A DNA stretch of 64,000 nucleotides, from NCBI GenBank assembly GCA_036259595.1, contig DATABL010000222.1:1862-65861 (forward strand), given 5' to 3'. This document shows positions 1 to 9,161 of this stretch, piece after piece; the stretch's first letter is position 1, and each line of letters begins with the position of its first letter. The position numbers and the translations under genes were made by a program. The stretch comes from Actinophytocola sp. Lineage in GTDB: Bacteria > Actinomycetota > Actinomycetes > Mycobacteriales > Pseudonocardiaceae. Below the pieces are notes generated by a model, which was not told where the DNA came from, did no database searches, and worked only from the letters and a program-made list of their open reading frames with translations.

Positions 1-18
1 GGAAGCGAAGGCGAGCTG

Positions 19-930
19 ATGACCAGCAAGATCGCGTTCGTCGGTCTCGGCGCGATGGGTGGCGGCATGGTGTCGCGTCTGCTCGCCGCCGGGGCGAACG
101 TCACGGTCTACAACCGGACCCGATCGCGGGGCGAGGCGCTGGCCGGCGAGGGCGCGGTACTGGCCACCACGCCGGCGGCCGCCGCGCAGGGCGCGGACGT
201 CGTGTTCCTGTCGCTGGCCACCAGCGAGGTCGTCGAGGCGCTGCTGTTCGGCGAGAACGGCGTGGTCGAGGGCCTGCCGAAGGGCGCGATCGTGGCCGAC
301 ATGTCGACCGTCGCGCCGGACTTCGCGGTCGGGCTGCAGGCCCGCCTCGCCGAGACCGGGCACCGCGGCCTGGACGCGTGCGTCCTCGGCAACGCCCAGC
401 ACGCCAAGGACGGCGAGCTGCGGTTCATGATCGGCGGCGCGGCCGAGGACGTGGCCGCGCTCGAACCGGTGATCGAGCCGCTGGCCAAGGAGGTCACCCA
501 TCTCGGCCCGGGCGGCAAGGGCGCGACCGCCAAGCTCGCGCTGAACCTGCTGATGGGCGTCCAGATGCAGGCCCTGGTGGAGGCGATCGCGTTCGGCGAG
601 CGGGCCGGGCTGGACCGGCAGACGCTGATCAGACTGATCGCGGCCGGCGGGTACAGCAGCCCGATGATGAAGTTCAAGGCCGGCGTGATGGGCCGGCGGG
701 CGTTCGAGCAGCCGGACTTCCGCCTGAAGCTGATGCGCAAGGACCTCGGCCTGGTGCTCGCCGAGACCCAACGCCTCGGCGTGCCCATGCCGACCACCGC
801 CACCAGCCACGACTGGCTGACCGCGGCCCAGAACCGCGGTCTCGGCGAGCACGACGTGGCCGCCCTGCTCGCGTACATGGAGTCGGTCTCCGGCCTGGAC
901 CGCTACCCGTGGCCGGGCGAGGCGGCCTGA
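19..930 (+). CDS. NAD(P)-dependent oxidoreductase, 3-hydroxyisobutyrate/beta-hydroxyacid dehydrogenase family
   Basis: N-terminal GLGAMG Rossmann motif, YNRT, DMST, catalytic Lys in AKLALNLL, C-terminal FRLKLMRKDL; RBS-like gaagg upstream. Confidence 0.85.
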   Translation: MTSKIAFVGLGAMGGGMVSRLLAAGANVTVYNRTRSRGEALAGEGAVLATTPAAAAQGADVVFLSLATSEVVEALLFGENGVVEGLPKGAIVADMSTVAPDFAVGLQARLAETGHRGLDACVLGNAQHAKDGELRFMIGGAAEDVAALEPVIEPLAKEVTHLGPGGKGATAKLALNLLMGVQMQALVEAIAFGERAGLDRQTLIRLIAAGGYSSPMMKFKAGVMGRRAFEQPDFRLKLMRKDLGLVLAETQRLGVPMPTTATSHDWLTAAQNRGLGEHDVAALLAYMESVSGLDRYPWPGEAA

Positions 931-938
931 CGAACCGG

Positions 939-982
939 AGGACGATGCCGGTCCGGATTTCCCGGGCCGGCATCGTCCTTTT
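939..982 (+). terminator. Intrinsic terminator-like hairpin
   Basis: aggacgatgccggtccgg / ccgggccggcatcgtcct inverted repeat followed by ttt, right after the stop at 930. Confidence 0.65.
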
Positions 983-984
983 CG

Positions 985-1013
985 TCGAAGGCGGCTCGAA
1001 TTTCGTTCGAGGC
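985..1013 (+). promoter_or_regulatory. SARP-type direct repeats upstream of the type II PKS operon
   Basis: TCGA cores at 985, 996 and 1007, exact 11-bp period. Confidence 0.7.
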
Positions 1014-1114
1014 GGGTCATCTGCCCAGCCCGCCGGGACGACCGACTCATGCCGATGGGACCCCCAAGACCGCATTCTTCGATAAACACCTCGTCGCCGA
1101 AGCTGGAGAATGGC

Positions 1115-1432
1115 GTGCACCGATCACTCATCGTCGCGCGAATCAAGCCCGACGCACACGACAAGGTCGCCCAGATCTGGGCCGATTCCGATGCCACCGA
1201 ACTGCCGCGCATCGCCGGCGTCGAGCACCGTTCCCTGTGGACGCTCGGAGACGTCTACATCCAGCTGCTGGAGACGGCCGAGCCCGGCCAGGAGACGATC
1301 AACCGCATCAAGGGACACCCCGAGTTCGTCGGGATCTCCGAGAAGTTGAGCGAGTTCATCTCGCCGTACCTGCCGACCTGGCGCTCGCCGAAGGACGCCC
1401 AGGCCCGTCGCTTCTACACCTACGAGAAATAA
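1115..1432 (+). CDS. TcmI-family type II polyketide cyclase
   Basis: GTG start after ggagaa; MHRSLIVARI...ELPRIAGVEHRSLW...HPEF...ISPYLPTWRSPKDAQARRFY is the TcmI/JadI/WhiE-VII signature. Confidence 0.9.
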   Translation: MHRSLIVARIKPDAHDKVAQIWADSDATELPRIAGVEHRSLWTLGDVYIQLLETAEPGQETINRIKGHPEFVGISEKLSEFISPYLPTWRSPKDAQARRFYTYEK

Positions 1433-1444
1433 GGAGCCCCGCAC

Positions 1445-1690
1445 ATGGCGGACGTGTCGTTCGACGACATCGAGACGATCCTGGTCAAGAAGGTCGGCCT
1501 GGCCCCCCAGACGCTGGCCGACGCCCCGGAGAACTCGCTGGAGGACCTGGGGCTCGACTCGCTGGCCGTGCTGGAACTGCAGATCGTGATCACCAAGCAG
1601 TACGGGATCGAGATCCCCGACGAGAGCGGCGGCCTCAACGTCGGCGAGATCGTCGAGTTCATCAACAACGCAGGCGAGCAGGCAGCGTAA
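1445..1690 (+). CDS. Type II PKS acyl carrier protein
   Basis: 81 aa acidic protein with LGLDSLA phosphopantetheine site; aaggag RBS. Confidence 0.93.
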   Translation: MADVSFDDIETILVKKVGLAPQTLADAPENSLEDLGLDSLAVLELQIVITKQYGIEIPDESGGLNVGEIVEFINNAGEQAA

Positions 1691-1704
1691 AGGGGAAGAG
1701 TGAC

Positions 1705-2595
1705 ATGGCTGGGCACACCGACAACCAGATCCGCATCGAGGCACCGTTCCAGCTCGTCTGGGACATCACCAACGACGTGCCGAACTGGCCGAACCTGTTC
1801 ACCGAGTACGCCGCCACCGAGGTGGTGAGCGAGGAGGGCGACACGATCACCTTCCGCCTCACCATGCACCCGGACGACAACGGCAAGACCTGGAGCTGGG
1901 TCAGCGAGCGCACCCGCTACTACGACGAGAAGCGCACCCACTCGCACCGCATCGAGACCGGTCCGTTCGAGTACATGAACCTCGACTGGTACTACGAGGA
2001 GGTCGAGGGCGGGGTCATCCTGCGCTGGGTGCAGGACTTCCACATGAAGGACACCGCGCCGGTGGACGACGAGTGGATGGTCAACAACATCAACAAGAAC
2101 TCCAAGGTCCAGATGCAGGTCATCAAGGACAAGATCGAGAAGGCCTACCACTCCCGGCGGGCCTCGGAGTTCAAGACGGTCTCGATCCACGACTGCCCCC
2201 AGGACCACCGCCGGGGCGGGACGATCCAGACCCTGCTGTCCCCGCGCACGGTCGGCTCCACCTCGGGCTTCATGGGCGGCGCGACGCTGCAGCCCGGCGA
2301 GGCCATCGCCGAGCACTACCACCCGTACAGCGAGGAGTTCGTCTTCTGCATCCGCGGTGAACTGGAGGCCGACGTCGACGACCAGGTCGTCCCGGTCCCG
2401 GCCGGCACCGCGATCCTGGTGCCGAAGGAGACCCGGCACCGGCTGCGCAACGTCGGCTCCGACGAGGTCTTCGCGGTCTTCCACCTCGGCCCGCTCGCGC
2501 CCCGGCCCGAGCTCGGCCACGTGGACACCGAGACCCGCGAGGAGGCGGCCGCGGTCGCGAAGAAGATCCTGGCCGCCCGGGAGCAGCGGTCATGA
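1705..2595 (+). CDS. Fused aromatase/cyclase (TcmN/WhiE-VI SRPBCC domain) plus TcmJ-type cupin cyclase
   Basis: N-half MAGHTDN...WPNLFTEYA...WSWVSER...RWVQDF; C-half RRGG...LLSPRTVGSTSGFMG...EHYHPYSEEF...RHRLRN...LAPRPELGHVDTE; one reading frame, no stop between. Confidence 0.88.
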   Translation: MAGHTDNQIRIEAPFQLVWDITNDVPNWPNLFTEYAATEVVSEEGDTITFRLTMHPDDNGKTWSWVSERTRYYDEKRTHSHRIETGPFEYMNLDWYYEEVEGGVILRWVQDFHMKDTAPVDDEWMVNNINKNSKVQMQVIKDKIEKAYHSRRASEFKTVSIHDCPQDHRRGGTIQTLLSPRTVGSTSGFMGGATLQPGEAIAEHYHPYSEEFVFCIRGELEADVDDQVVPVPAGTAILVPKETRHRLRNVGSDEVFAVFHLGPLAPRPELGHVDTETREEAAAVAKKILAAREQRS

Positions 2596-3860
2596 GCCAT
2601 CGGAGGGTGGTGGTCACCGGGGTCGGCGTGGTCGCCCCCGGTGGCGTCACGCGGGAGGGCTTCTGGTCGACGCTGACCGCCGGGCGCACCGCGACCCGGA
2701 AGATCACGTTCTTCGACGCGACCAAGTTCCGCTCCCGGGTGGCCGCCGAGGCCGACTTCGACCCGGTCGCGGCCGGCCTGAGCGCGCAGGAGATCCGGCG
2801 CGCGGACCGGTACGTCCAGTTCGGACTCGCGTGCGCGGCCGAGGCGCTGGCCGACTCCGGGCTGGAACTCGACGAGCGGACGCTGGACAACACCGGCGTG
2901 GTGATGGGCTCGGCGGTCGGCGGCACGATGGCCCTGGAGGACGAGTACGTCGCGGTGTCCAACACCGGCAAGGACTGGCTCGTCGACCACACCTACGCCG
3001 GGCCGTTCCTGTACCAGGCGCTGGTGCCGTCGTCGCTGTCCGCGGACATCGCGCACCGGTACGGCACGCACGGCCCCACCCAGGTGGTGTCGACCGGCTG
3101 CACGTCCGGCATCGACGCGATCGGGTACGCCTGGCACCTGGTGCAGGACGGCGAGGCGGACGTGATCATCGCCGGCGCGTCGGACAGCCCGATCTCGCCG
3201 GTCACGGTGTCCTCGTTCGACGCGATCAAGGCCACCACACCGGAGAACGACGACCCGGAGCACGCCTCCCGCCCGTTCGACGCGACCCGCAAGGGCTTCG
3301 TGATGGGTGAGGGCGGCGCGGTGCTGATCCTCGAGGAGCTCTCGCACGCGCTCGCCCGCGACGCGAAGATCTACTGCGAGGTCACCGGGTACGCCAGCCG
3401 CTCCAACGGGTTCCACATGACCGGGCTGCGGCCCGACGGGCTGGAGATGGCCGAGGCCATCCGGGTGTCCCTGGACCAGGGCCGCACCAACCCGTCCGAT
3501 GTGGACTACATCTGCGCGCACGGCTCGGGCACCAAGCAGAACGACCGGCACGAGACCGCGGCGTTCAAGAAGGCGCTCGGCGACCACGCCTACCGCACCC
3601 CGGTGAGCTCGATCAAGTCGATGGTCGGGCACTCGTTGGGCGCGATCGGCGCGATCGAGATGGCCGCGTGCGCGCTCACCATCGACCGGAACACGATCGC
3701 GCCGACGGCCAACTGGTCCAACCGCGACCCGGAGTGCGACCTGGACTACACGCCGAACACCGCCCGCGAGGCAGGCGTCGACGTGGCCCTGTCGGTGGGC
3801 AGCGGCTTCGGCGGGTTCCAGTCGGCGATGGTGTTCAGCCGCCTGAAGGAGGCGTCATGA
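2592..3860 (+). CDS. Type II PKS ketosynthase alpha
   Basis: VSTGCTSGIDA active-site Cys, AHGSGTKQND, KSMVGHSLGAIG, GSGFGGFQSA; ATGA overlap with upstream gene. Confidence 0.96.
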   Translation: MSHRRVVVTGVGVVAPGGVTREGFWSTLTAGRTATRKITFFDATKFRSRVAAEADFDPVAAGLSAQEIRRADRYVQFGLACAAEALADSGLELDERTLDNTGVVMGSAVGGTMALEDEYVAVSNTGKDWLVDHTYAGPFLYQALVPSSLSADIAHRYGTHGPTQVVSTGCTSGIDAIGYAWHLVQDGEADVIIAGASDSPISPVTVSSFDAIKATTPENDDPEHASRPFDATRKGFVMGEGGAVLILEELSHALARDAKIYCEVTGYASRSNGFHMTGLRPDGLEMAEAIRVSLDQGRTNPSDVDYICAHGSGTKQNDRHETAAFKKALGDHAYRTPVSSIKSMVGHSLGAIGAIEMAACALTIDRNTIAPTANWSNRDPECDLDYTPNTAREAGVDVALSVGSGFGGFQSAMVFSRLKEAS

Positions 3861-5092
3861 CAGGGTCCCGTGCGGTGATCACGGGGATCGGGGTGGTCGC
3901 ACCCTCGGGTGTGGGTGCCGACGCGCACTGGAAGTCCGTGCTGGACGGGAGCTCGAAGCTCGGCGGGATCACCCGGTTCGACGCGTCGGGCTACCCGGTC
4001 TCCCTGGCCGGCGAGGTGACCGACTTCGACCCGGACGACTACGTCTCGCCCCGGCTGAAGGTCGCCACCGACCGGTGGACCTGGCACGGGTTCGCGGCCA
4101 CCCAGGAGGCCCTCGACGACTCCGGCGTCGATCTGTCCACGATGGACCCGTACGACACCGCGGTCGCGCTGGCGTCGTCGTCCGGGGGCAACGAGTTCGG
4201 CCAGGGCGAGCTGCAGTCGCTGTGGGCCGAGCCGGACGGCGCGGTGAGCGTGTACCAGTCGATCGCGTGGTTCTACGCGGCGAGCGTCGGGCAGATCTCG
4301 ATCCTGCACCAGCTCAAGGGCCAGTGCAGCGTACTGGTCGCGGAGAGCGCCGGCGGGCTGGACAGCTTCGCGCAGGCCACCCGGACCGTCCGGCGCGGCA
4401 CGAAGGTCGTGCTCGCCGGCGGCACCGAGGGCCCGCTGTCGCCGTACGCGCTGACCTGCCAGCTCGCCACCCGCCGGCTCTCCACCGGCACCGACCCGGA
4501 CACGGCGTACCAGCCGTTCGGGGCCGGCGCCGCCGGCTACGTCGCCGCCGAGGGTGGCGCGGTGCTGCTGGTGGAGGACCTCGACCACGCGCGGGAGCGC
4601 GGCGCGGACATCCACGGCGAGGTGCTCGGCTGGGCCGCCACGCACGACGGCCGCGCCTCCCGTCCGGGCGACGGGGGCGACACCGAGCAGGTCGCGCGGG
4701 CCATGCGGGTGGCGCTGGAGCGGGCCGGCCGGCCGGCGTCCGAGGTGGACGTCGTGTTCCCGGACGCGCTCGGGGTGCCGGAGTGCGACCGGGTCGAGGC
4801 CGAGGCCATCCGCTCGGTGTTCGGCGACGACGTCCGGGTCACCACGCAGAAGGGCCGGCTGGGTCGCATGTACCAGGGCGGCGCGGCGGTCGACGTGGCC
4901 ACCGCGCTGCAGGCCATGCGCTACGACACGCTGCCGGCCACGCCGGGTCTCACCGAGCCGGCGCCGGGCTGCGAGCTGAACTTCGTCACCGAGCCGACCA
5001 CCCAACGCACCTCGCTGGCGCTGGTCAACGCACGCGGGTTCGACGGGTACAACACCGCGCTCGTCGTCGGGCGCTACGAGGAGGACGCATGA
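3857..5092 (+). CDS. Type II PKS chain length factor (KS beta)
   Basis: AVITGIGVVAP, SSSGGNEFGQ, YQSIAWFYAA, ESAGGLD (no catalytic Cys), ARGFDGYNTA; ATGA overlap with KSalpha. Confidence 0.95.
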   Translation: MTGSRAVITGIGVVAPSGVGADAHWKSVLDGSSKLGGITRFDASGYPVSLAGEVTDFDPDDYVSPRLKVATDRWTWHGFAATQEALDDSGVDLSTMDPYDTAVALASSSGGNEFGQGELQSLWAEPDGAVSVYQSIAWFYAASVGQISILHQLKGQCSVLVAESAGGLDSFAQATRTVRRGTKVVLAGGTEGPLSPYALTCQLATRRLSTGTDPDTAYQPFGAGAAGYVAAEGGAVLLVEDLDHARERGADIHGEVLGWAATHDGRASRPGDGGDTEQVARAMRVALERAGRPASEVDVVFPDALGVPECDRVEAEAIRSVFGDDVRVTTQKGRLGRMYQGGAAVDVATALQAMRYDTLPATPGLTEPAPGCELNFVTEPTTQRTSLALVNARGFDGYNTALVVGRYEEDA

Positions 5093-5415
5093 GCAGGGCG
5101 CGGATCGTGTTTCTCATCCGGGTGCCCGAGGAGAACGTGGAGCGGTTCCTGGCCGCCTACGAGCGGATCCGGTACCAGGTGGCCGGCGGGGTGCCCGGGC
5201 ACGTCCTGGACCAGGTGTGCCAGTCCACGACCGACCCCGAGCAGTGGCTGATCACCAGCGAGTGGGAGTCGCTCGACCACTTCGTCGCCTGGGAGCAGAG
5301 CCCCGGCCACCGCGAGCTGGCCGGGCCGATGCGCGCCTGCATGACCGAGGCCAGGTCGATCAAGTTCGAGATCCGGGAAGAGACCGCCAACACGACCAGC
5401 AGGCTGGCCGGCTGA
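5089..5415 (+). CDS. Antibiotic biosynthesis monooxygenase (ABM) domain protein
   Basis: FLAAYERIRYQVAGGVPGHVLDQVCQS..DPEQWLITSEWES..HF..WE resembles the ABM domain of WhiE-ORFI-like proteins; ATGA overlap. Confidence 0.85.
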   Translation: MSRARIVFLIRVPEENVERFLAAYERIRYQVAGGVPGHVLDQVCQSTTDPEQWLITSEWESLDHFVAWEQSPGHRELAGPMRACMTEARSIKFEIREETANTTSRLAG

Positions 5416-5428
5416 CAGGAGAGAAGGA

Positions 5429-5896
5429 ATGAACACGACTCTCACCATCATGAGTGTCTGGGTGCTGGCCGCGTCCGGCATCCAGCTCGGCACGCTCTGG
5501 ATCATGAAGCTGTCGATCCTGCCGCTGCTCAACGGCCTGCCCTACGGTCAGTACGTCAGCACGTGCCAGCGCATCGACATGCACGTGTTCCACCCGATCG
5601 CGGTGTGGAACGGCGTCATCGCCGCGGGGGTCGGCGTGCTGGCGGCGTTCGCCACCACGGGGGCCGGCTCGGCGGCGCTGTTCGTCATCGGCAGCGTCGG
5701 CATGCTCATCGTCGGCCTGGCGTCCGAGGGCGTGAACCGCCCGATCTGGCGGCAGATCGAGAAGTGGAGCATCGACACCGTCGACGACGAGCAGTGGGCG
5801 AAGAAGCGGCACATCTGGCACATCGCCCACCAGGTGCGGACCTACGGCGGCATCCTCGCGGTCGTGGCCTATCTCGCCGCGATCCTGACCGTCTGA
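5429..5896 (+). CDS. DUF1772 / anthrone oxygenase-family membrane protein
   Basis: 155 aa, four hydrophobic segments, N.PI...I..W...W..W...H.VRT pattern. Confidence 0.65.
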   Translation: MNTTLTIMSVWVLAASGIQLGTLWIMKLSILPLLNGLPYGQYVSTCQRIDMHVFHPIAVWNGVIAAGVGVLAAFATTGAGSAALFVIGSVGMLIVGLASEGVNRPIWRQIEKWSIDTVDDEQWAKKRHIWHIAHQVRTYGGILAVVAYLAAILTV

Positions 5897-5946
5897 CCAG
5901 GACACTCGAGAAACGCTGACAGCCAACCGTCCCACACGGTCGAGAT

Positions 5947-5982
5947 ATCCCCGCCCGGCGCGCCGGGTGGGGATCATCTTTT
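5947..5982 (+). terminator. Terminator-like hairpin
   Basis: atccccgcccggcg / cgccgggtggggat inverted repeat followed by catctttt. Confidence 0.45.
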
Positions 5983-6015
5983 CCTGGACGACTATGCAAT
6001 CACCCGGGAGGTGTC

Positions 6016-7653
6016 GTGCAGTTACCGAAGAGCGCGCGGCGTCGGTGGCAGGCGTTCGGCGCCGGCCTCGCCGCCGTGACGATAGCCGCGTTGGGGATCA
6101 CCGCCGCGTCCGGGCCCACGGCCGCGAGCGGCGACCCGGATTCCCAGCGGCACTGGCGGTCCAGCGACTGGCCGACCTGGCAGCTGAACCCGCAGGGCAC
6201 GCGCTACAACAAGGACGAGCGCAGGATCCGCCCGCACAACGTGGACGAGCTGGAACTGAAGTGGGCCTACACGTTCGGCCACGTGCCGTACGCGCGGGTG
6301 GGCAGCCAGCCCGCGGTGGCCGACGGCGTGCTGTACGTCGGCGGCCCGGACGGCGAGTTCGCCGCGCTGGACGCGAAGACCGGTGAGACCCGTTGGACCT
6401 ACGACGCGACCGCGGTCACCGGCCCGCTGCCCGACGGGTCGCCGAACGGCATCCGGGACGGCGCCGCCGTCGCCGGCGACAAGGTCTACTTCGGCGACTC
6501 CACCGGCCGCGTCTGCGCGCTGAACCGCGAGACCGGCGAGGAGGTGTGGGTCCACAGGGCCAGCGAGCAGGCCAACTCGGCGATGACGAGCTCCCCGCTC
6601 GTGGTGGGCGACCGCCTCTTCATCGGCGTGTCCACTTTGGAGGCCGGGCAGGCGCGGGATCCCAACTACCCGTGCTGCCGGCACCGCGGCCAGGTGGTGT
6701 CACTCGACGCGGACACCGGCGAGCGGCTCTGGTCCTACTACACCATGCGGCCCGCCGAGCCTGCCGGCACCTGGCCGAGCGGCGCGACGAAGTACGCCCC
6801 GTCCGGCGGAAGCGTGTGGGGCAGCCCGGTGGCCGACCTGAAGACCAGGACGATCTTCGTCGGCACCGGCCAGAACACCACCGGCTCCGAGGGCGACATC
6901 AACAGCGTGATCGCGCTGTCGATGGACACCGGCGAGGTGCGGTGGAAGAACCGCATGACGTTCCCGGACACGTACACGGTCGCGTGTGAGAACGAGAACC
7001 CCGGCGCCTACTGCCCCGGCAAGGGCACCACCGCGCTCGACGCCGACTTCGGCGCCTCCGCCAACGTGATCAAGGTGCGGGGCCGCACGCTCGTCACGAT
7101 CGGCCAGAAGAACGGCATGTACTACGCCTTCGACGCGCGCAGCGGGCGCCTGGTGTGGGACGTCGAGCTGGCGCCCGGCCCGCACGGCGGCGTCGGCGTG
7201 CAGTGGGGCAGCGTGTTCGACGGCCGGTACCTGTACGCGGCCACCTGGTACGAGGAGCCGAGCACGATCTACAAGATCGACCCGCGGAACGGCCGGATCG
7301 TCTGGGAGAGCCCGCACCCGGAGGACGGCTGTGCCACCGGTGGCGCGGCGGCGCACCCCGAGCTGTGCATGCCGATCTACACGGCGGCGGTGAGCGGATC
7401 GCCCGGCCTGATCTACGAGGGCAGCGCGGACGGCAAGTTCCGCATCTTCTCCTCCCGCACCGGCGAGCAGCTGTTCGAGTTCGACGCGATCCGCGACTTC
7501 CAGGGCGTCAACGGCGTTCCCGGCCGGGGCAGCGCGCTGTCCGGCAACGGCGGCGCGGTGATCGCGAACGGCATGGTCTACGTGATGGCCGGCTACTACC
7601 CGTTCTACCCGACCGACAAGGGCACGGTGCTCCTGGCCTTCGGCCTGGAGTAG
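6016..7653 (+). CDS. Secreted PQQ-binding beta-propeller protein (polyvinyl-alcohol-dehydrogenase-like quinoprotein)
   Basis: Signal peptide (RRRW + hydrophobic stretch), DWPTW...GTRYN, repeated ALDAKTGE.RW PQQ repeats, GGSVWGSP, DADFGAS, vicinal CC. Confidence 0.8.
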   Translation: MQLPKSARRRWQAFGAGLAAVTIAALGITAASGPTAASGDPDSQRHWRSSDWPTWQLNPQGTRYNKDERRIRPHNVDELELKWAYTFGHVPYARVGSQPAVADGVLYVGGPDGEFAALDAKTGETRWTYDATAVTGPLPDGSPNGIRDGAAVAGDKVYFGDSTGRVCALNRETGEEVWVHRASEQANSAMTSSPLVVGDRLFIGVSTLEAGQARDPNYPCCRHRGQVVSLDADTGERLWSYYTMRPAEPAGTWPSGATKYAPSGGSVWGSPVADLKTRTIFVGTGQNTTGSEGDINSVIALSMDTGEVRWKNRMTFPDTYTVACENENPGAYCPGKGTTALDADFGASANVIKVRGRTLVTIGQKNGMYYAFDARSGRLVWDVELAPGPHGGVGVQWGSVFDGRYLYAATWYEEPSTIYKIDPRNGRIVWESPHPEDGCATGGAAAHPELCMPIYTAAVSGSPGLIYEGSADGKFRIFSSRTGEQLFEFDAIRDFQGVNGVPGRGSALSGNGGAVIANGMVYVMAGYYPFYPTDKGTVLLAFGLE

Positions 7654-7695
7654 GCGGCTTTCCTCTCCTCACCGACCATCCGAACGGACAACTCC

Positions 7696-8871
7696 ATGAC
7701 AGACAACCTCATCGTCAACACACCAAGACCCGAGGGCCTGGGACCTCGGCCCACCGCGCTCCGCGCCCTGGCCCCGGACCTGTCCCGCGGCATCATGCTG
7801 TTGCTGATCGCCCTCGTGCACGCGTCGGTGTTCCGCGCCGCGGGAGGAAGCGGCGGCTACGCGGCACCCGACACGCTCGACGTGCTCGTGAGCGGCTTCG
7901 TCACCCTGTTCGCCGACGACCGCGGCTTCGCGCTGTTCGCCCTGCTGTTCGGGTACGGGGTGACCCAGCTCTACCAGCGCGGCATCGCCGACGGGCGGGA
8001 ATGGCCCGTGGTGCGCGCGTTGCTGCGGCGGCGCGGCCGCTGGCTGGTCGTCATCGGACTGCTGCACACCGTCCTGCTCTTCTTCGGGGACATGCTCGCG
8101 GTCTACGGCCTGATCGCGCTGGCCTTCGCGGGCGCGTTGCGGTTCACCGGACGCCGGCTGCTCGGGCACGCGTTCGCCTGGTTCGCGGGTGGGACGTTGG
8201 TCTACGCGATCGGCATCCCCATGACCTACGGGATCCTCGCCGCCGGCGTCGATCCCACCGCGGGCACGCCCATGAGCGACCTGCTCTTCCGGCTCGGCTG
8301 GCCGCTGATGATGCCGTTCACGTTCGCCAACGCGGTCTTCCCCTTCCTGATCGGCATCTGGGCGGCCCGGCGCCGCCTGCTGGAGGAGCCGGAGCGGCAC
8401 CAGCCGTTCCTGCGCCGCGCGGCCGGTTACGGCGTCGCCGTCTCGGTGGTCTTCGGGCTGCCGTACGTCCTGATCAACATGGGGATGCTGGCGGCGTCGC
8501 CGATGCTCTACATCGGCGCCTACTGGGTGAACCTGATGGCGAGCTTCGCCGGCGGGATCGGGTACGCGGCACTGGTCGCGTTGCTCTGTGTCCGGATCGG
8601 ACAGCGCCGGGGCCCGGTGGTCAACGCCTTGGTCGCCACCGGGCAGCGGTCGATGACCTGCTACCTGGTGCAGTCCGTGGCGTGGCTGCTGCTCGGCGCC
8701 CCGTACCTGTTGGGGCTCGGCAGTTCCATGTCGAACACCGCCGCGCTCGGCATGGGCGTCGCGGTGTGGCTGTTCACCGTCCTGCTCGCCGATGCGATGC
8801 GGCGTAGTGGAAAGCGCGGTCCGGCGGAGACCTTCTACCGACGCATGACCTACGGCCGTCGCACCACCTAG
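7696..8871 (+). CDS. DUF418 (YeiB-like) integral membrane protein
   Basis: APDLSRGIMLLLIA, FALLFGYG, GDML..YG, GQRSMTCYLVQS, RGPAE..RRMTY. Confidence 0.8.
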   Translation: MTDNLIVNTPRPEGLGPRPTALRALAPDLSRGIMLLLIALVHASVFRAAGGSGGYAAPDTLDVLVSGFVTLFADDRGFALFALLFGYGVTQLYQRGIADGREWPVVRALLRRRGRWLVVIGLLHTVLLFFGDMLAVYGLIALAFAGALRFTGRRLLGHAFAWFAGGTLVYAIGIPMTYGILAAGVDPTAGTPMSDLLFRLGWPLMMPFTFANAVFPFLIGIWAARRRLLEEPERHQPFLRRAAGYGVAVSVVFGLPYVLINMGMLAASPMLYIGAYWVNLMASFAGGIGYAALVALLCVRIGQRRGPVVNALVATGQRSMTCYLVQSVAWLLLGAPYLLGLGSSMSNTAALGMGVAVWLFTVLLADAMRRSGKRGPAETFYRRMTYGRRTT

Positions 8872-8887
8872 CCGCCACACGGCCGAA

Positions 8888-8930
8888 GCCCTGAAGGTGA
8901 CCTTCGAAACGAGAAGGTCACCTTCAGGGC
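8888..8930. repeat. REP-like palindromic element, copy 1 (likely bidirectional terminator)
   Basis: Perfect 18-bp stem gccctgaaggtgaccttc / gaaggtcaccttcagggc between convergent genes; related copy at 41297. Confidence 0.75.
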
Positions 8931-8948
8931 GTTCGGTCGAGCACGGCC

Positions 8949-9161
8949 CTATTCGCGCTGAAGCCGGATCGCACCGGACGGGCAGGCGAACGCGACGTCC
9001 TCCAGGTCCCCGGCGAGGTCCTCGGGCGGCCGCTCGTCGAGCAGCACCACGACCGCGTCGTCGCCCTGGTCGAACACGGCCGGCAGCTCCTGTGCGCACA
9101 GACCGGCGCCGCAGCACCGGTCCCGGTCCACCGTCACCCTGATCATCGGAGTCACCGTCAC
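8949..9161 (-). CDS. Ferredoxin ([3Fe-4S] type, P450 partner)
   Basis: RVTVDRDRCCGAGLC...ACPSGAI; GTGA overlap with the P450 stop (alternative ATG at 9146). Confidence 0.88.
   Translation of the reverse strand: MTVTPMIRVTVDRDRCCGAGLCAQELPAVFDQGDDAVVVLLDERPPEDLAGDLEDVAFACPSGAIRLQRE

Noticed and set aside
19-930. Imine reductase call
   Set aside because: Keeps the catalytic Lys (AKLALN) of beta-hydroxyacid dehydrogenases rather than the Asp/Tyr typical of IREDs
1049-5415. Interpretation as an ordinary WhiE spore-pigment locus
   Set aside because: Linked sugar, aryl-acid, transporter and SARP-site content indicates a secreted specialised metabolite, despite WhiE-like core enzymes
5900-5945. 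TCGAG copies at 5906 and 5940 as a SARP site
   Set aside because: Spacing is 34 bp, off the 11-bp period, with no intermediate cores
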